DNA of 39,888 nucleotides from an uncultured Alcanivoracaceae bacterium (GTDB taxonomy: Bacteria; Pseudomonadota; Gammaproteobacteria; Xanthomonadales; Marinicellaceae). Under the pieces are notes generated by a model, which was not told where the DNA came from, did no database searches, and saw only the letters and a list, made by a program, of their open reading frames with translations. This document shows, piece by piece, positions 25,298 through 34,686 of the stretch; position 1 is the first letter of the stretch, and every line of letters starts with the position of its first letter. Position numbers and translations under genes: made by a program. The stretch spans positions 1-39,888 of the forward strand of contig CAZQMH010000001.1 of the NCBI GenBank assembly GCA_964594435.1, read 5' to 3'.

Positions 25298-27658
25298 TTA
25301 TTTATTTTTTGCTAATGCCAGCCATGTTTCTACGACTGTATCAGGATTCAGCGATACGCTTTGAATACCTTGTTGCATCAACCAGTTGGCTAAATCGGGA
25401 TGATCCGATGGTCCTTGACCGCATATGCCAATGTATTTTCCTCTTTTCTTGCAGTTGTAAATTGCCATGGCTAATAATTTTTTAACCGCGGCATTGCGTT
25501 CGTCAAATAAGTCGGCAACCAAGCCTGAATCTCTGTCCAATCCTAAAGTCAATTGGGTTAAATCATTTGAACCAATCGAGAAACCATCAAATATATCTAA
25601 AAATTCGTTGGCAAGCAAGGCATTTGACGGTAATTCACACATCATTATGATTTTTAAGTCATTTTCACCTTGGGTTAAGCCAAATTTCTTCATTATCTCA
25701 ATGACCTTCCTGCCTTCGTCTAAAGTTCGGACAAAAGGAACCATCGCCCAAATATTGGTGAGGCCCATTTTATCACGAATATATTTCAAGGCTTTGCATT
25801 CGAGCTCGAAACAGGGCTGAAAGGATTCATCAATATAACGCGAAGCACCTCGGAAACCTATCATTGGATTTTCTTCGTGCGGTTCATAAGCTCGTCCACC
25901 GATAAGGTTGGCATATTCATTTGATTTAAAGTCGGACAGGCGAACAATCACGGTTTCAGGTGCAAAAGCGGCACCTAATGTGGCAATGCCTTCTGCCAGA
26001 CGTTTGATGTAATATTCTACTGGATCGCCATACGCCGCAATCATGGGATCAACAATAGCTTTGATGTCTTGGGGTTGCTCATCATAATTCAGTAAGACTT
26101 TTGGATGAATGCCAATCATGCGATTGATGATAAATTCTAAACGTGCTAAGCCAATACCTTGGTGCGGCAAACTGGCAAAATCAAATGCCCTCTCAGGATT
26201 ACCAACATTCATCATTATCTTTAGGGGTGCAGGTGGCATGTTGTCTAAATTTGTTTTAATGATTTCAAATTCAATGAGTTCATCATAGACAAAACCCGTA
26301 TCGCCTTCACTGCAAGAGACGGTAACCATGGCTCCATTACTGATTTTATCTGTTGCATCACCACAGCCAACAATTGCAGGAATTCCCAATTCACGTGCAA
26401 TGATAGCAGCATGGCATGTGCGTCCACCTCGATTAGTGACAATAGCGGCAGCTCGTTTCATGATGGGTTCCCAGTCGGGATCAGTCATGTCGGTGACCAA
26501 AACATCGCCAGCTTGAACCTCATCCATTTGTGCGATGCTAGCAATAACTTTTGCTTCACCTGCACCAATTCTTTGTCCGATACTGCGACCTTCACAAATC
26601 ACATTGCCACTGCGGCTGATTTGGTATCTTTCCAATGTTTGTGTGTTTTTATCTTGGCTTTTGACTGTTTCTGGACGAGCTTGAACAATATACAGCTTGC
26701 CATTTGTTCCATCTTTTGCCCACTCTATGTCCATCGCACGACCATAGTGTTTTTCTATGACCATTGCCTGTTTGGCAAGTTCAGTCACTTCATCATCACT
26801 TATGGAAAACAACTGTGAGCGTTCTTTTGCAACATTGTGCGTGATGACACCACCGTCTTCACCGTAGGTCATTTCAATCTGCTTAGAGCCTAAATTTCTT
26901 TTTAAGACGGCAGGTTTGTTATTTTCGATATTCGGTTTGTAGACATAAAACTCGTCGGGATTAACCGCTCCTTGCACCACCATTTCGCCCAAACCATAAC
27001 TTGAGGTGATAAAAACCACATTTTCAAATCCGCTTTCGGTATCAATAGAAAACATAACACCACTGGCTGCCAAGTCACTGCGAACCATTTGTTGAATTCC
27101 TGCTGACAAATACACATCGTGGTGGTCGAAACCTTGATGCACGCGATAGGAAATGGCTCGGTCATTGTATAAAGAGGCATAGACTTCATGTATTTTTTGC
27201 AGCACATCATCAACGCCTTTAACATTCAAAAATGTTTCTTGTTGACCAGCAAATGAGGCATCAGGTAAATCTTCAGCTGTCGCCGATGATCGAACCGCAA
27301 CAGAAGCATCGGCTCCAATTTCTGACTCCATTTGTTCAAATGCAATCCGAATCTTATGTTCCAACTCAGGCTGAAACGGTGTTTTCATTAGCCATTTTCG
27401 TATTTTTTTTCCTGCTTTTGCTAAGGCATTGACATCATCAACATCTAAGGAGTTTAGCTTATTATTTATTTTTTCATCCAAGCCTGTTTGTTGCAGAAAA
27501 TCAATAAAAGCTTGTGAAGTTGTGGCAAAACCACCAGGAACACTCACCCCTAATTGGGATAAATGTGTTATCATTTCACCCAATGAAGCATTTTTGCCAC
27601 CAACTTTGGCCAAATCCGCCATGCCAAGTTGGTTTAATTGCAGAATATATTCAGACAT
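25298..27658 (-). CDS. ppsA: Phosphoenolpyruvate synthase (pyruvate, water dikinase)
   Basis: VGGKNASLGEM, GGRTCHAAIIARELG (phospho-His domain) and C-terminal PEP-utilising motifs over 786 aa. Confidence 0.97.
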   Translation of the reverse strand: MSEYILQLNQLGMADLAKVGGKNASLGEMITHLSQLGVSVPGGFATTSQAFIDFLQQTGLDEKINNKLNSLDVDDVNALAKAGKKIRKWLMKTPFQPELEHKIRIAFEQMESEIGADASVAVRSSATAEDLPDASFAGQQETFLNVKGVDDVLQKIHEVYASLYNDRAISYRVHQGFDHHDVYLSAGIQQMVRSDLAASGVMFSIDTESGFENVVFITSSYGLGEMVVQGAVNPDEFYVYKPNIENNKPAVLKRNLGSKQIEMTYGEDGGVITHNVAKERSQLFSISDDEVTELAKQAMVIEKHYGRAMDIEWAKDGTNGKLYIVQARPETVKSQDKNTQTLERYQISRSGNVICEGRSIGQRIGAGEAKVIASIAQMDEVQAGDVLVTDMTDPDWEPIMKRAAAIVTNRGGRTCHAAIIARELGIPAIVGCGDATDKISNGAMVTVSCSEGDTGFVYDELIEFEIIKTNLDNMPPAPLKIMMNVGNPERAFDFASLPHQGIGLARLEFIINRMIGIHPKVLLNYDEQPQDIKAIVDPMIAAYGDPVEYYIKRLAEGIATLGAAFAPETVIVRLSDFKSNEYANLIGGRAYEPHEENPMIGFRGASRYIDESFQPCFELECKALKYIRDKMGLTNIWAMVPFVRTLDEGRKVIEIMKKFGLTQGENDLKIIMMCELPSNALLANEFLDIFDGFSIGSNDLTQLTLGLDRDSGLVADLFDERNAAVKKLLAMAIYNCKKRGKYIGICGQGPSDHPDLANWLMQQGIQSVSLNPDTVVETWLALAKNK

Positions 27659-27707
27659 TAATTAAAACCCTAAGAAAAATACAAGACGTTACATTTTACA
27701 GAAAACT

Positions 27708-28520
27708 ATGAAAAAATGCACTATATTTTACGTATCTGATGGCACTGCGATTACTGCCGAAACGGTTGGCCACTCCTTAATTTCGCAATTTAACGATATT
27801 AAGTTTAAACAAATACGTATTCCTTTTGTTGATTCTAGGCACAAGGCCCAATTGGCAGCACAACGTATCAAACAAGCCAACATTGACTGCCAGCCACTGG
27901 TCATCAACACGGTGGTAGATATTGAGCTCAGACGCATCATTCATTCTGGAGGCGGTTTGAAACTTGATCCATTTAACCGTTTGTTACGCGAGATAGAACA
28001 AAATTTAGGCATCCAGCGCTCACCCGTTGTTGGTAAGGCTCATGGAGCGGTCAATTCAAAGGGTTATATTGCCCGAATTGATGCGACCAATTATGCCCTA
28101 TCGCACGACGACGGTGTGAGTATTGACTATGCTGAGGCGGATATAATTTTACTTGGCGTAAGTCGTTCTGGTAAAACTCCAACATGCCTTTATTTAGCGT
28201 TACAATATGGCGTCAAAGCCGCCAATTATCCACTCACCCCTGAAGACTTAGAGAAATTAAAAATTCCTGATAACATTTTAAAATACAAACATAAGGCCTA
28301 TGGGCTAACCATTGATCCTTTTCGTCTGTCTCAAATTCGAGCAGAACGGCGAGCAGGAACCCAATACTCCAATGTGCGGCAATGCCAACATGAAGTTTCT
28401 GATGCCGAAAGCATGTTTTTACGCAACGGCATCCCTTTTTTAAGTACAACCGACACCTCAATTGAAGAAATTTCAGGAAAAGTCTTGTTAGCATTAGAAT
28501 TACCGAATAAACTGCACTAA
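27708..28520 (+). CDS. ppsR: PEP synthase regulatory protein (bifunctional kinase/pyrophosphorylase, DUF299)
   Basis: FYVSDGTAITAE, P-loop GVSRSGKTP, divergent from ppsA as in enterics. Confidence 0.93.
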   Translation: MKKCTIFYVSDGTAITAETVGHSLISQFNDIKFKQIRIPFVDSRHKAQLAAQRIKQANIDCQPLVINTVVDIELRRIIHSGGGLKLDPFNRLLREIEQNLGIQRSPVVGKAHGAVNSKGYIARIDATNYALSHDDGVSIDYAEADIILLGVSRSGKTPTCLYLALQYGVKAANYPLTPEDLEKLKIPDNILKYKHKAYGLTIDPFRLSQIRAERRAGTQYSNVRQCQHEVSDAESMFLRNGIPFLSTTDTSIEEISGKVLLALELPNKLH

Positions 28521-28963
28521 TGCTAGTCGATAAAAACATAACACAATCAAACTACATTAACCATAATTGCGTGACCTTACGGCACGAATGCAATTACCAA
28601 ATGTTAAGGTTATTATTGCCTGTGCAATTGTACAAAGGCGTGCACTACCATTCGAGTATTAAGCATAAGCCCGTGCTACAAATTAAAGTCACAGAATGTT
28701 TTAAATACACCACACAAATCGAATTGTCTTACCTTTTTTCCTTCGGCAACAGCGAAAAAATCACCATGAGAATTTACCATGACGCCCAAGTTTCTGAAAT
28801 AATATATTGCACCAACCTGCAACAGTTTATCCGTTTACTTGGCGTCAAAATTAAACCACAAGTTCACGCACAAACCCGCAACGCTCTGGCTGTTTTCTTA
28901 CAAAAACTCCTAACATTTCTGTTAAAATCAGGCTACAACCACAACCATTGGCAACTGGCTTAA
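28520..28963 (+). CDS. DUF1249 (YqiB-like) protein
   Basis: CNYQMLRLLLP, YTTQIEL and MRIYHDAQVSE align with the E. coli YqiB motifs CEMNFSQLRRLLP, YTTLVTI and VRLYHDAMVAE. ATG overlaps the ppsR stop (TAATG). Confidence 0.7.
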   Translation: MLVDKNITQSNYINHNCVTLRHECNYQMLRLLLPVQLYKGVHYHSSIKHKPVLQIKVTECFKYTTQIELSYLFSFGNSEKITMRIYHDAQVSEIIYCTNLQQFIRLLGVKIKPQVHAQTRNALAVFLQKLLTFLLKSGYNHNHWQLA

Positions 28964-29014
28964 ACCAAGTATTCCACCAAGTCAGTTCTTAATGGATTTG
29001 TGAGTTTGTGATGT

Positions 29015-29053
29015 TTGTCACGTTTTATAGCGGGTTTTATTGTATGCTATAAT
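29015..29053 (+). promoter_or_regulatory. Candidate promoter(s) of the DUF1800-DUF1501 operon
   Basis: Extended -10 TGCTATAAT (29045-29053) 27 nt upstream of the ATG. Alternative TTGTCA(29015-29020)-17 bp-TATTGT(29038-29043). Confidence 0.3.
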
Positions 29054-29080
29054 CAACTGTTAATTTAAAGAGTAAGAATA

Positions 29081-30775
29081 ATGAGAACATTTGCCGCACA
29101 TTGCCTTGGGCGTATGGGTTTTGGTGCAAGGATTACCAACTCGACTAATGAAATTGATGCATTTAATGCACTAGGTGTCGATGATGATGCTCGTTTGGCT
29201 ACCTATTTAACCCAGCAAATGGACTGGCAAAACATTGATGACAGTGCCTTTGCGACACAATTAGCCAACGCCCCGTATGTGACACTGGATAAACCTTTGG
29301 CAACCATGTGGCAAGACCATCATGTTGATTCAACTGTATCCGGTTTTAACCGTGATGCTCCCGCAGAGGAGATGGAGCGTTTAATTATTGCTCGTGGCGT
29401 GCATTCTAAACGTCAATTGTTAGAAGTATTGGCTGATTTTTGGCACAACCATTTTAATATATTTTCCAGAGACTATTATGCCCAATCAACTTTTTCAGCC
29501 TGGGATAGAGACGTTATTCGCCCACCAACAATAGCTCACCCACGCCCAGTTACCCAAGCCGACGGGCATTTGTTTGGGAATTTCAGGCAAATGCTAGAGC
29601 TCTCAAGCAAGCATATAGCCATGAGTCATTATTTGGATAACTACATTAATAAGGTCGGCAGCCCGAATGAAAATTTTGCCCGTGAAATTATTGAACTGCA
29701 TACACTAGGTGCCGAAAATTATGTTTCTTTAGGCGACCCTAATAGCATTCCAAAAACCAGTTTATCCATGCCCTGGGGCAATGAATTAATTGCCGATAGT
29801 TATGTCGATGATGATGTTTATTCTGCCATGCGCATGTTAACTGGCTGGAAAGTCAAAGATTACCTTAATGGAGCTCAGTCGAACTTTCAGGACAACGGGG
29901 AATTCTTTTATTATTCACCGTGGCACGATAAATTTGAAAAAACCATCTTGGGCTATCATTGGGGCAATTTTGAACCCGACCCTAATGACATTGAACGATT
30001 TTTTGACATTCTTGCCTACCACCCTGGTACAGCGGCTCATATTGCTGGCAAATTGTGTCGCCGCTTTATCAGCGACAATCCGCCTCAAACCGTGATAGAT
30101 GCCGTTGCCGATGCTTTTTACCAAAATCGCTATGCTGGCAATCAACTGGAACTTGTTTATCAGGCTTTATTTTTATCAGCAGAATTCAAAAATCCTGCTA
30201 ATTTTGGGAAAAAGAAAAAACGCCCTATAGAATGTATGATTTCAACCTTGCGAACGTTAAATTCTGACTTTTTTGCCCAACCAGATGATAACGACACCAA
30301 CACACTGATCTATTTTCTGCACAGGTCTGGGCAGCGTCCCTTTTATTGGCCTGCACCCGATGGCTATCCTGATGATGAGAATTATTGGCTGGGTGGAAAC
30401 TCGATGATGTACACTTTGCGTGCCATTGATTGGATTGTTGATAGAAATTATGCAAGCAGTGACCGCATCGTTGATGTCTTAACGCCTGCTCTTACGGCTT
30501 CTGTAACAGATTTGCCATCCCACTCTCCCAATGATTTAACCAGTTTTTGGTTACACCGAATATTAGGCTACGAACCAAGCGGTGGTTGGCTGGGGCAGTC
30601 ACTGCATAGCAAACTACGTGATTTTATGCGGCAAAACCCCAATGACCCACAGCAATGGCCAGAAAACACGCCATTTCCTGATATTTCATCCACCTCATCA
30701 CCCAATTATGTATACGAAAGAATGCGTGGACTTATCAAACTCATATTATCCTCACCAGAATTTATGTACAGGTAG
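29081..30775 (+). CDS. DUF1800-domain protein
   Basis: FWHNHFN, GNFRQMLE, YLDN and NENFAREIIELHTLG are the hallmark DUF1800 motifs. No N-terminal signal peptide is evident. Confidence 0.85.
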   Translation: MRTFAAHCLGRMGFGARITNSTNEIDAFNALGVDDDARLATYLTQQMDWQNIDDSAFATQLANAPYVTLDKPLATMWQDHHVDSTVSGFNRDAPAEEMERLIIARGVHSKRQLLEVLADFWHNHFNIFSRDYYAQSTFSAWDRDVIRPPTIAHPRPVTQADGHLFGNFRQMLELSSKHIAMSHYLDNYINKVGSPNENFAREIIELHTLGAENYVSLGDPNSIPKTSLSMPWGNELIADSYVDDDVYSAMRMLTGWKVKDYLNGAQSNFQDNGEFFYYSPWHDKFEKTILGYHWGNFEPDPNDIERFFDILAYHPGTAAHIAGKLCRRFISDNPPQTVIDAVADAFYQNRYAGNQLELVYQALFLSAEFKNPANFGKKKKRPIECMISTLRTLNSDFFAQPDDNDTNTLIYFLHRSGQRPFYWPAPDGYPDDENYWLGGNSMMYTLRAIDWIVDRNYASSDRIVDVLTPALTASVTDLPSHSPNDLTSFWLHRILGYEPSGGWLGQSLHSKLRDFMRQNPNDPQQWPENTPFPDISSTSSPNYVYERMRGLIKLILSSPEFMYR

Positions 30776-30781
30776 AAAATC

Positions 30782-32038
30782 ATGATTACTCGAAGAAAAT
30801 TTTTACAAGGCACCACCGCATTTTTAACCCTAGCAGGTACTGGCATCACTATCGGCTTAACCACAAATAAAACAGCCAATCTTGCCAATCAACGTGCGAT
30901 TGTCCAATTATTTTTCCGCGGTGGCATGGATGCTCTTAATTTTTTAATTCCCAGAACTGGCATTAATCGCACCGAATACGAAGCCAAGAGACCCAATATA
31001 AAAGTTCCTCTTACAAAAATCTTAGATTTAAATGGCGACTTTGGACTGCCTGATACCTGCACTCATTTACATGACTTATATCAGCAAGGAAAAATGGCAA
31101 TGATTCATGCCGTTGGTATGCCCGAAGGGTTAAGCTCACGCAGCCATTTTGAATCTCAGGCCATGTTTGATTACGGCACACCAGGCAATCCAAATTATCC
31201 AACAGGTTGGCTGGCTCGTCATGTGAGTTCATCACCGACCATCAGCAACCAAGCCTCAATTCCCTCTTTGTCTCCAGGCAATCCCTCCGCCGTGCTACAA
31301 GGGGATAATAATGTTTTATCATTTGATAGTGCCAACAACTATAACCCCAATCCTGGTCGCTACAGTGAAGAACACTTAAATACACTTCAACAAATGTACA
31401 ACGGCACATCGAACATGGACACATCGATGCAGGCTCTCATTGATAATGTTGCCATCGTTGAAAGCTTAAATATTACCATACCTGCAAGTTACCCAACTGA
31501 TAGCTTGGCACAAGGCCTGGCATTGATTGCTCAGATTATCAAAGCAGATTTGGGTATGCAAGTGGCTAGTATCGACTTTGGTGGTTGGGATACGCATGAA
31601 AATTCTGGCAACAACGGCACCGGCTACTATGTTGATAGACTGGGAACTCTATCGGCAGCTGTTGGTGCTTTTTTTGATGATTTAAGCAGTGCAGGAAAAG
31701 ACGATAAAGTGGTGCTAGCAACCCAAACCGACTTTGGTCGCAGAGTAAGAGAAAACGGCAACTATGGTACCGATCACGGAACCGCTCAAGTGATGATGAT
31801 GGTCGGCGGCTCACTTAATGGCGGACAAATTTTTGGAACATTCCCTGGTATTGGCAATGCCGATTTGTATTTGAACGCAGATTTACGCATGACCACAGAT
31901 TTTCGTCTGCCCTATAGTGATTTGGTAAGAAATTTCTTAGGCAATCCCAATATTCCTTTTGTTTTCCCAGGGTATACAGGAGCCGATAGCATGGGCTTGT
32001 TTCCAACAGATTTAATATTCAAAAATGGTTTCGATTAA
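30782..32038 (+). CDS. DUF1501-domain protein (sulfatase/phosphatase-like fold) with twin-arginine signal
   Basis: Tat motif TRRKFLQG plus an h-region; GGWDTHEN and TDFGRRVRENGNYGTDHG motifs typical of DUF1501. Starts 6 nt after the DUF1800 stop. Confidence 0.9.
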   Translation: MITRRKFLQGTTAFLTLAGTGITIGLTTNKTANLANQRAIVQLFFRGGMDALNFLIPRTGINRTEYEAKRPNIKVPLTKILDLNGDFGLPDTCTHLHDLYQQGKMAMIHAVGMPEGLSSRSHFESQAMFDYGTPGNPNYPTGWLARHVSSSPTISNQASIPSLSPGNPSAVLQGDNNVLSFDSANNYNPNPGRYSEEHLNTLQQMYNGTSNMDTSMQALIDNVAIVESLNITIPASYPTDSLAQGLALIAQIIKADLGMQVASIDFGGWDTHENSGNNGTGYYVDRLGTLSAAVGAFFDDLSSAGKDDKVVLATQTDFGRRVRENGNYGTDHGTAQVMMMVGGSLNGGQIFGTFPGIGNADLYLNADLRMTTDFRLPYSDLVRNFLGNPNIPFVFPGYTGADSMGLFPTDLIFKNGFD

Positions 32039-32085
32039 AAATGTTTGCCCTCGCCCATGCGAAGGTAAATGAAGCATAAATCCCA

Positions 32086-32127
32086 AATCTCGGCATAAAA
32101 AATGCCTTCTTATCAATTATGCGGATT
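32086..32127. repeat. Imperfect inverted repeat/hairpin between convergent genes (possible degenerate REP-like copy and terminator)
   Basis: AATCTCGGCATAA ... TTATGCGGATT enclosing GGCAT-AAAAA-ATGCC (32092-32106), preceded by TCCCAAATCTCGG, which resembles the CCCAAATCCCGA core. Confidence 0.35.
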
Positions 32128-32178
32128 AAGCTTTGTATGGCTTATGCTCCATTCTTGCTTGCTCTATCGAGACGTGGT

Positions 32179-33381
32179 TTAATATTGATACAGAGCATTA
32201 TCACCTTGTGCACCAATATAAAGACTGCCGCCAGAGTTTATAATTAAATTACCAAAAGCATCGCCTGCTTGCGGGTTATTTGCTTGTTGTTTTAGTAATA
32301 ATTTCCATGTTCCAGCACTCTGAGCATAAACATAGACTGAGCCCGTATTAATACCATTATCATCATCATAAGGTGCACCTATGGCTATTTGGTTGCCATA
32401 AAAAGAAAGGGCTTTGCCAAAATAATCCGAATCTTGAGCATCACTTGCCGTAAGCTTCTGTGTCTGAATCCAACTCGTGTTTTGTTTTTCAAATACATAG
32501 ACCGCACCAGCAGAGGGAACGTTAGGATTTGCCAAGGTTGCTTTGTAAGATGACACCAACATTTTATTGCCTTGAATTGCGAAATTTGTGGCAAATCTAT
32601 CGTTAATAGTGACATCATTTGCTTGAATTGTATCGATTTTTGTCCATGTTCCACCTTGATTTTCATACACAAAAAGATTTCCATTGATTTTATTCCTACC
32701 GCTTGCTCCAATGTAGAGCAGATTGTTATTGAATTCAATTTTTCCACCAAAGTAAGCATTTTCAACCACTGGATTCATGGTTATTTGTGCACGCTGAACC
32801 CAGTTATTAAGAGCGACTCTTTCATAAATTAAAACGCTTCCCGCATTCTTCGTGTTGTTAATCTCAAGTTTCGGAGCACTGACATAAGCAAAATCACCTA
32901 CTAATTGAACACTGAAACCATAAGCAGATATGTTGTACTGAAGGGAGAAAGTTTGAGTCCAAACTGAGGCTACTTTTTCAAAGATATAAAATTTATTTCT
33001 CCTATAGTTCCCTACTATGATTCTATCACCGTCGATACTAACCGAATAACCAAATCTATCACGAGCTTGCGCATCATCGGCAATAAGTTCGGCTGTTTTC
33101 TGCCATGTGCTGTTAATAAATTCATAAACATAAGCCATACCAGTACCGAACATTTTATCTCCTGCGTCAGAATTTCCACCAGGCGCACCAACTACCATTT
33201 GGTTGCCTGAAATACTGACACTGGTAGCAAATCTATCGCCATTTAAGGCATTCACAGGGGATATTTTTTGTAAATGCATGAGGCTTTTGTGTTGGCTTTC
33301 TTGAGCAGAAATTTGCAGACTAACCATAATTAAGATAAATAATCCCATGTTTTTTAACATGTTTTTTAATACGTTTTTCAT
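32179..33381 (-). CDS. Secreted FG-GAP-like repeat beta-propeller protein (paralog 2)
   Basis: Signal peptide (...GLFILIMVSLQISAQE). About 7 repeats of the pattern D-x-FG-x-S-V-x-I-x-G-x-x-hydrophobic-VGAP (GDRFATSVSISGNQMVVGAPG, RDRFGYSVSIDGDRIIVG, DYFGKALSFYGNQIAIGAP). SD AGGAG overlaps the upstream stop. Confidence 0.75.
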   Translation of the reverse strand: MKNVLKNMLKNMGLFILIMVSLQISAQESQHKSLMHLQKISPVNALNGDRFATSVSISGNQMVVGAPGGNSDAGDKMFGTGMAYVYEFINSTWQKTAELIADDAQARDRFGYSVSIDGDRIIVGNYRRNKFYIFEKVASVWTQTFSLQYNISAYGFSVQLVGDFAYVSAPKLEINNTKNAGSVLIYERVALNNWVQRAQITMNPVVENAYFGGKIEFNNNLLYIGASGRNKINGNLFVYENQGGTWTKIDTIQANDVTINDRFATNFAIQGNKMLVSSYKATLANPNVPSAGAVYVFEKQNTSWIQTQKLTASDAQDSDYFGKALSFYGNQIAIGAPYDDDNGINTGSVYVYAQSAGTWKLLLKQQANNPQAGDAFGNLIINSGGSLYIGAQGDNALYQY

Positions 33382-34546
33382 TTTTTTCTCCTATTCAAAG
33401 CTACTGGTGAATATTATGTCATTTTCAAACCTTATCACGGATCCAGTACCCTTATCCTTGTACGTATTCACCCATATGTTATTATTTTCAACAAGCAAAC
33501 TGGTGCCAAAACGACTGCGACTCAATGGCTGGTTCATTTTAATTAATCCTCGGTACTGAATAGAATTCTTGTTGAGTCGGTAATGGTATATCGTTCCAGA
33601 ATTGATGGCAACTTCATCAGCATACGGCGTTGATACAAAAAGATCTTCTCCAACAACAGCCAAGCCAGAAACAAAATAGGTTTTAGATTCTGGGTTGGCA
33701 CCTGGTGGAAAGACTTTAGCAAATAATTGCCATGAACTGCTGTTGGAATCGTAATCAAAGATTGAAAATGAGCCTGTTTTCTTGCCATTACTGGCTTTAT
33801 CTTTTACTGTTGAAACAATAATGCGGTTAGCCGAAACAGGATAGATACGCCTAGAAAAAGAATCGCCGAGTTCACCATCGGCAGGAATAATCTTACTGGT
33901 ATGCACCCATTGACCATTAATTTCATCGAGTACCCAAAGGGGGTTCAATTGCAGACCGTCATAACTGCCAACAAATAAACGACCGTCTTTTTCTGCAATG
34001 AACGAGCCGAAGTAAGTATATCCGCCAGCAGGGTCGGCTTTAAGTTCTTGTGCAAGCACCCAGCTGTTATTAACTAACTTATAAACATAGACACGACCAG
34101 AACGATAATTGGTATTGGATGAATACTGTTCTGAAATAAAAGCCGTATCGCCTTTTAACAAAACAAATCCCCCAAAGGCGTCAGGGTTGCTAACCGTAGC
34201 ATAAGGCGGCACAATAGTATGCGTTTTCTGCCATTGCCCATTGCTGTATTCATAGACATAAACCTTACCTTTGCCATTGTTTTCTCTTGGTGCTGAAATA
34301 AGTGCCCGATTTTGCCCCAGACTCAGGCTAAAACCAAATCCAAAGTTTACATCATTATTTTCTATAATTTGTTCTAAAACCCAATTGCCTGCTATTTTGC
34401 GGTAGGCATACACTGCCCCTTTGCCGAAAGGTTCCAGCTCATCACCCTTGCCTCTGCCTGCTGCACTAACAAGCATGGTATCATTGACAATATTTACATA
34501 AACTCCATAGCCTTCATTATCATTAGAGTTTGGTTCTTGTATTTTA

Positions 34547-34554
34547 GATTTTTG
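34547..34554. repeat. Target-site duplication, left copy (GATTTTTG)
   Basis: Identical 8-mer directly abuts both ends of the 132-bp element. Confidence 0.85.
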
Positions 34555-34686
34555 GTAACAACTCACCCCGTCATTCCTGCGTAGGCAGGAATCTCTGTGG
34601 TGAAATGCTTTATATTTACCATATATTGTAATTATTATTTATGAGATTACCGCCTTCGCGGCAATGACGGTAGTGTGAGCAGTTAC
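34555..34686. mobile_element. 132-bp non-autonomous element (MITE) with ~40-bp imperfect terminal inverted repeats, each carrying a GC-rich hairpin
   Basis: Ends GTAACAACTCAC... / ...GTGAGCAGTTAC. Arm hairpins ATTCCTGC-GTAG-GCAGGAAT (34573-34592) and ATTACCGC-CTTC-GCGGCAAT (34646-34665). AT-rich centre, no coding capacity, flanked by an 8-bp direct repeat. Confidence 0.85.

Noticed and set aside
25467-26818. Several 60-135 aa plus-strand ORFs inside ppsA, with similar antisense ORFs inside tsaP (11315-11707), the radical SAM gene (2743-3123), the S8 protease and slt
   Set aside because: Each lies fully within, and antisense to, a gene with strong full-length family signatures. They show no SD, no recognisable motifs and odd composition. 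They are typical spurious shadow ORFs.
27659-27707. Divergent ppsA/ppsR promoter elements in the 49-bp gap
   Set aside because: The region is too short and AT-rich to assign -35/-10 boxes by eye with any confidence.
32045-32070. GCCCTCGCCCATGCGAAGGTAA as a possible relic of the MITE arm (compare ATTACCGCCTTCGCGGCAATGACGG)
   Set aside because: Similarity is limited to about TTACC..CTTCGC, with no GTCATT core, no terminus and no TSD. It is too degenerate to call.
34601-34645. Outward-facing promoter inside the MITE (TTACAA / TACAAT / TATAAA-like hexamers on the minus strand)
   Set aside because: No hexamer pair has acceptable 16-18 bp spacing together with a reasonable -35. AT-rich cores generate such matches by chance.
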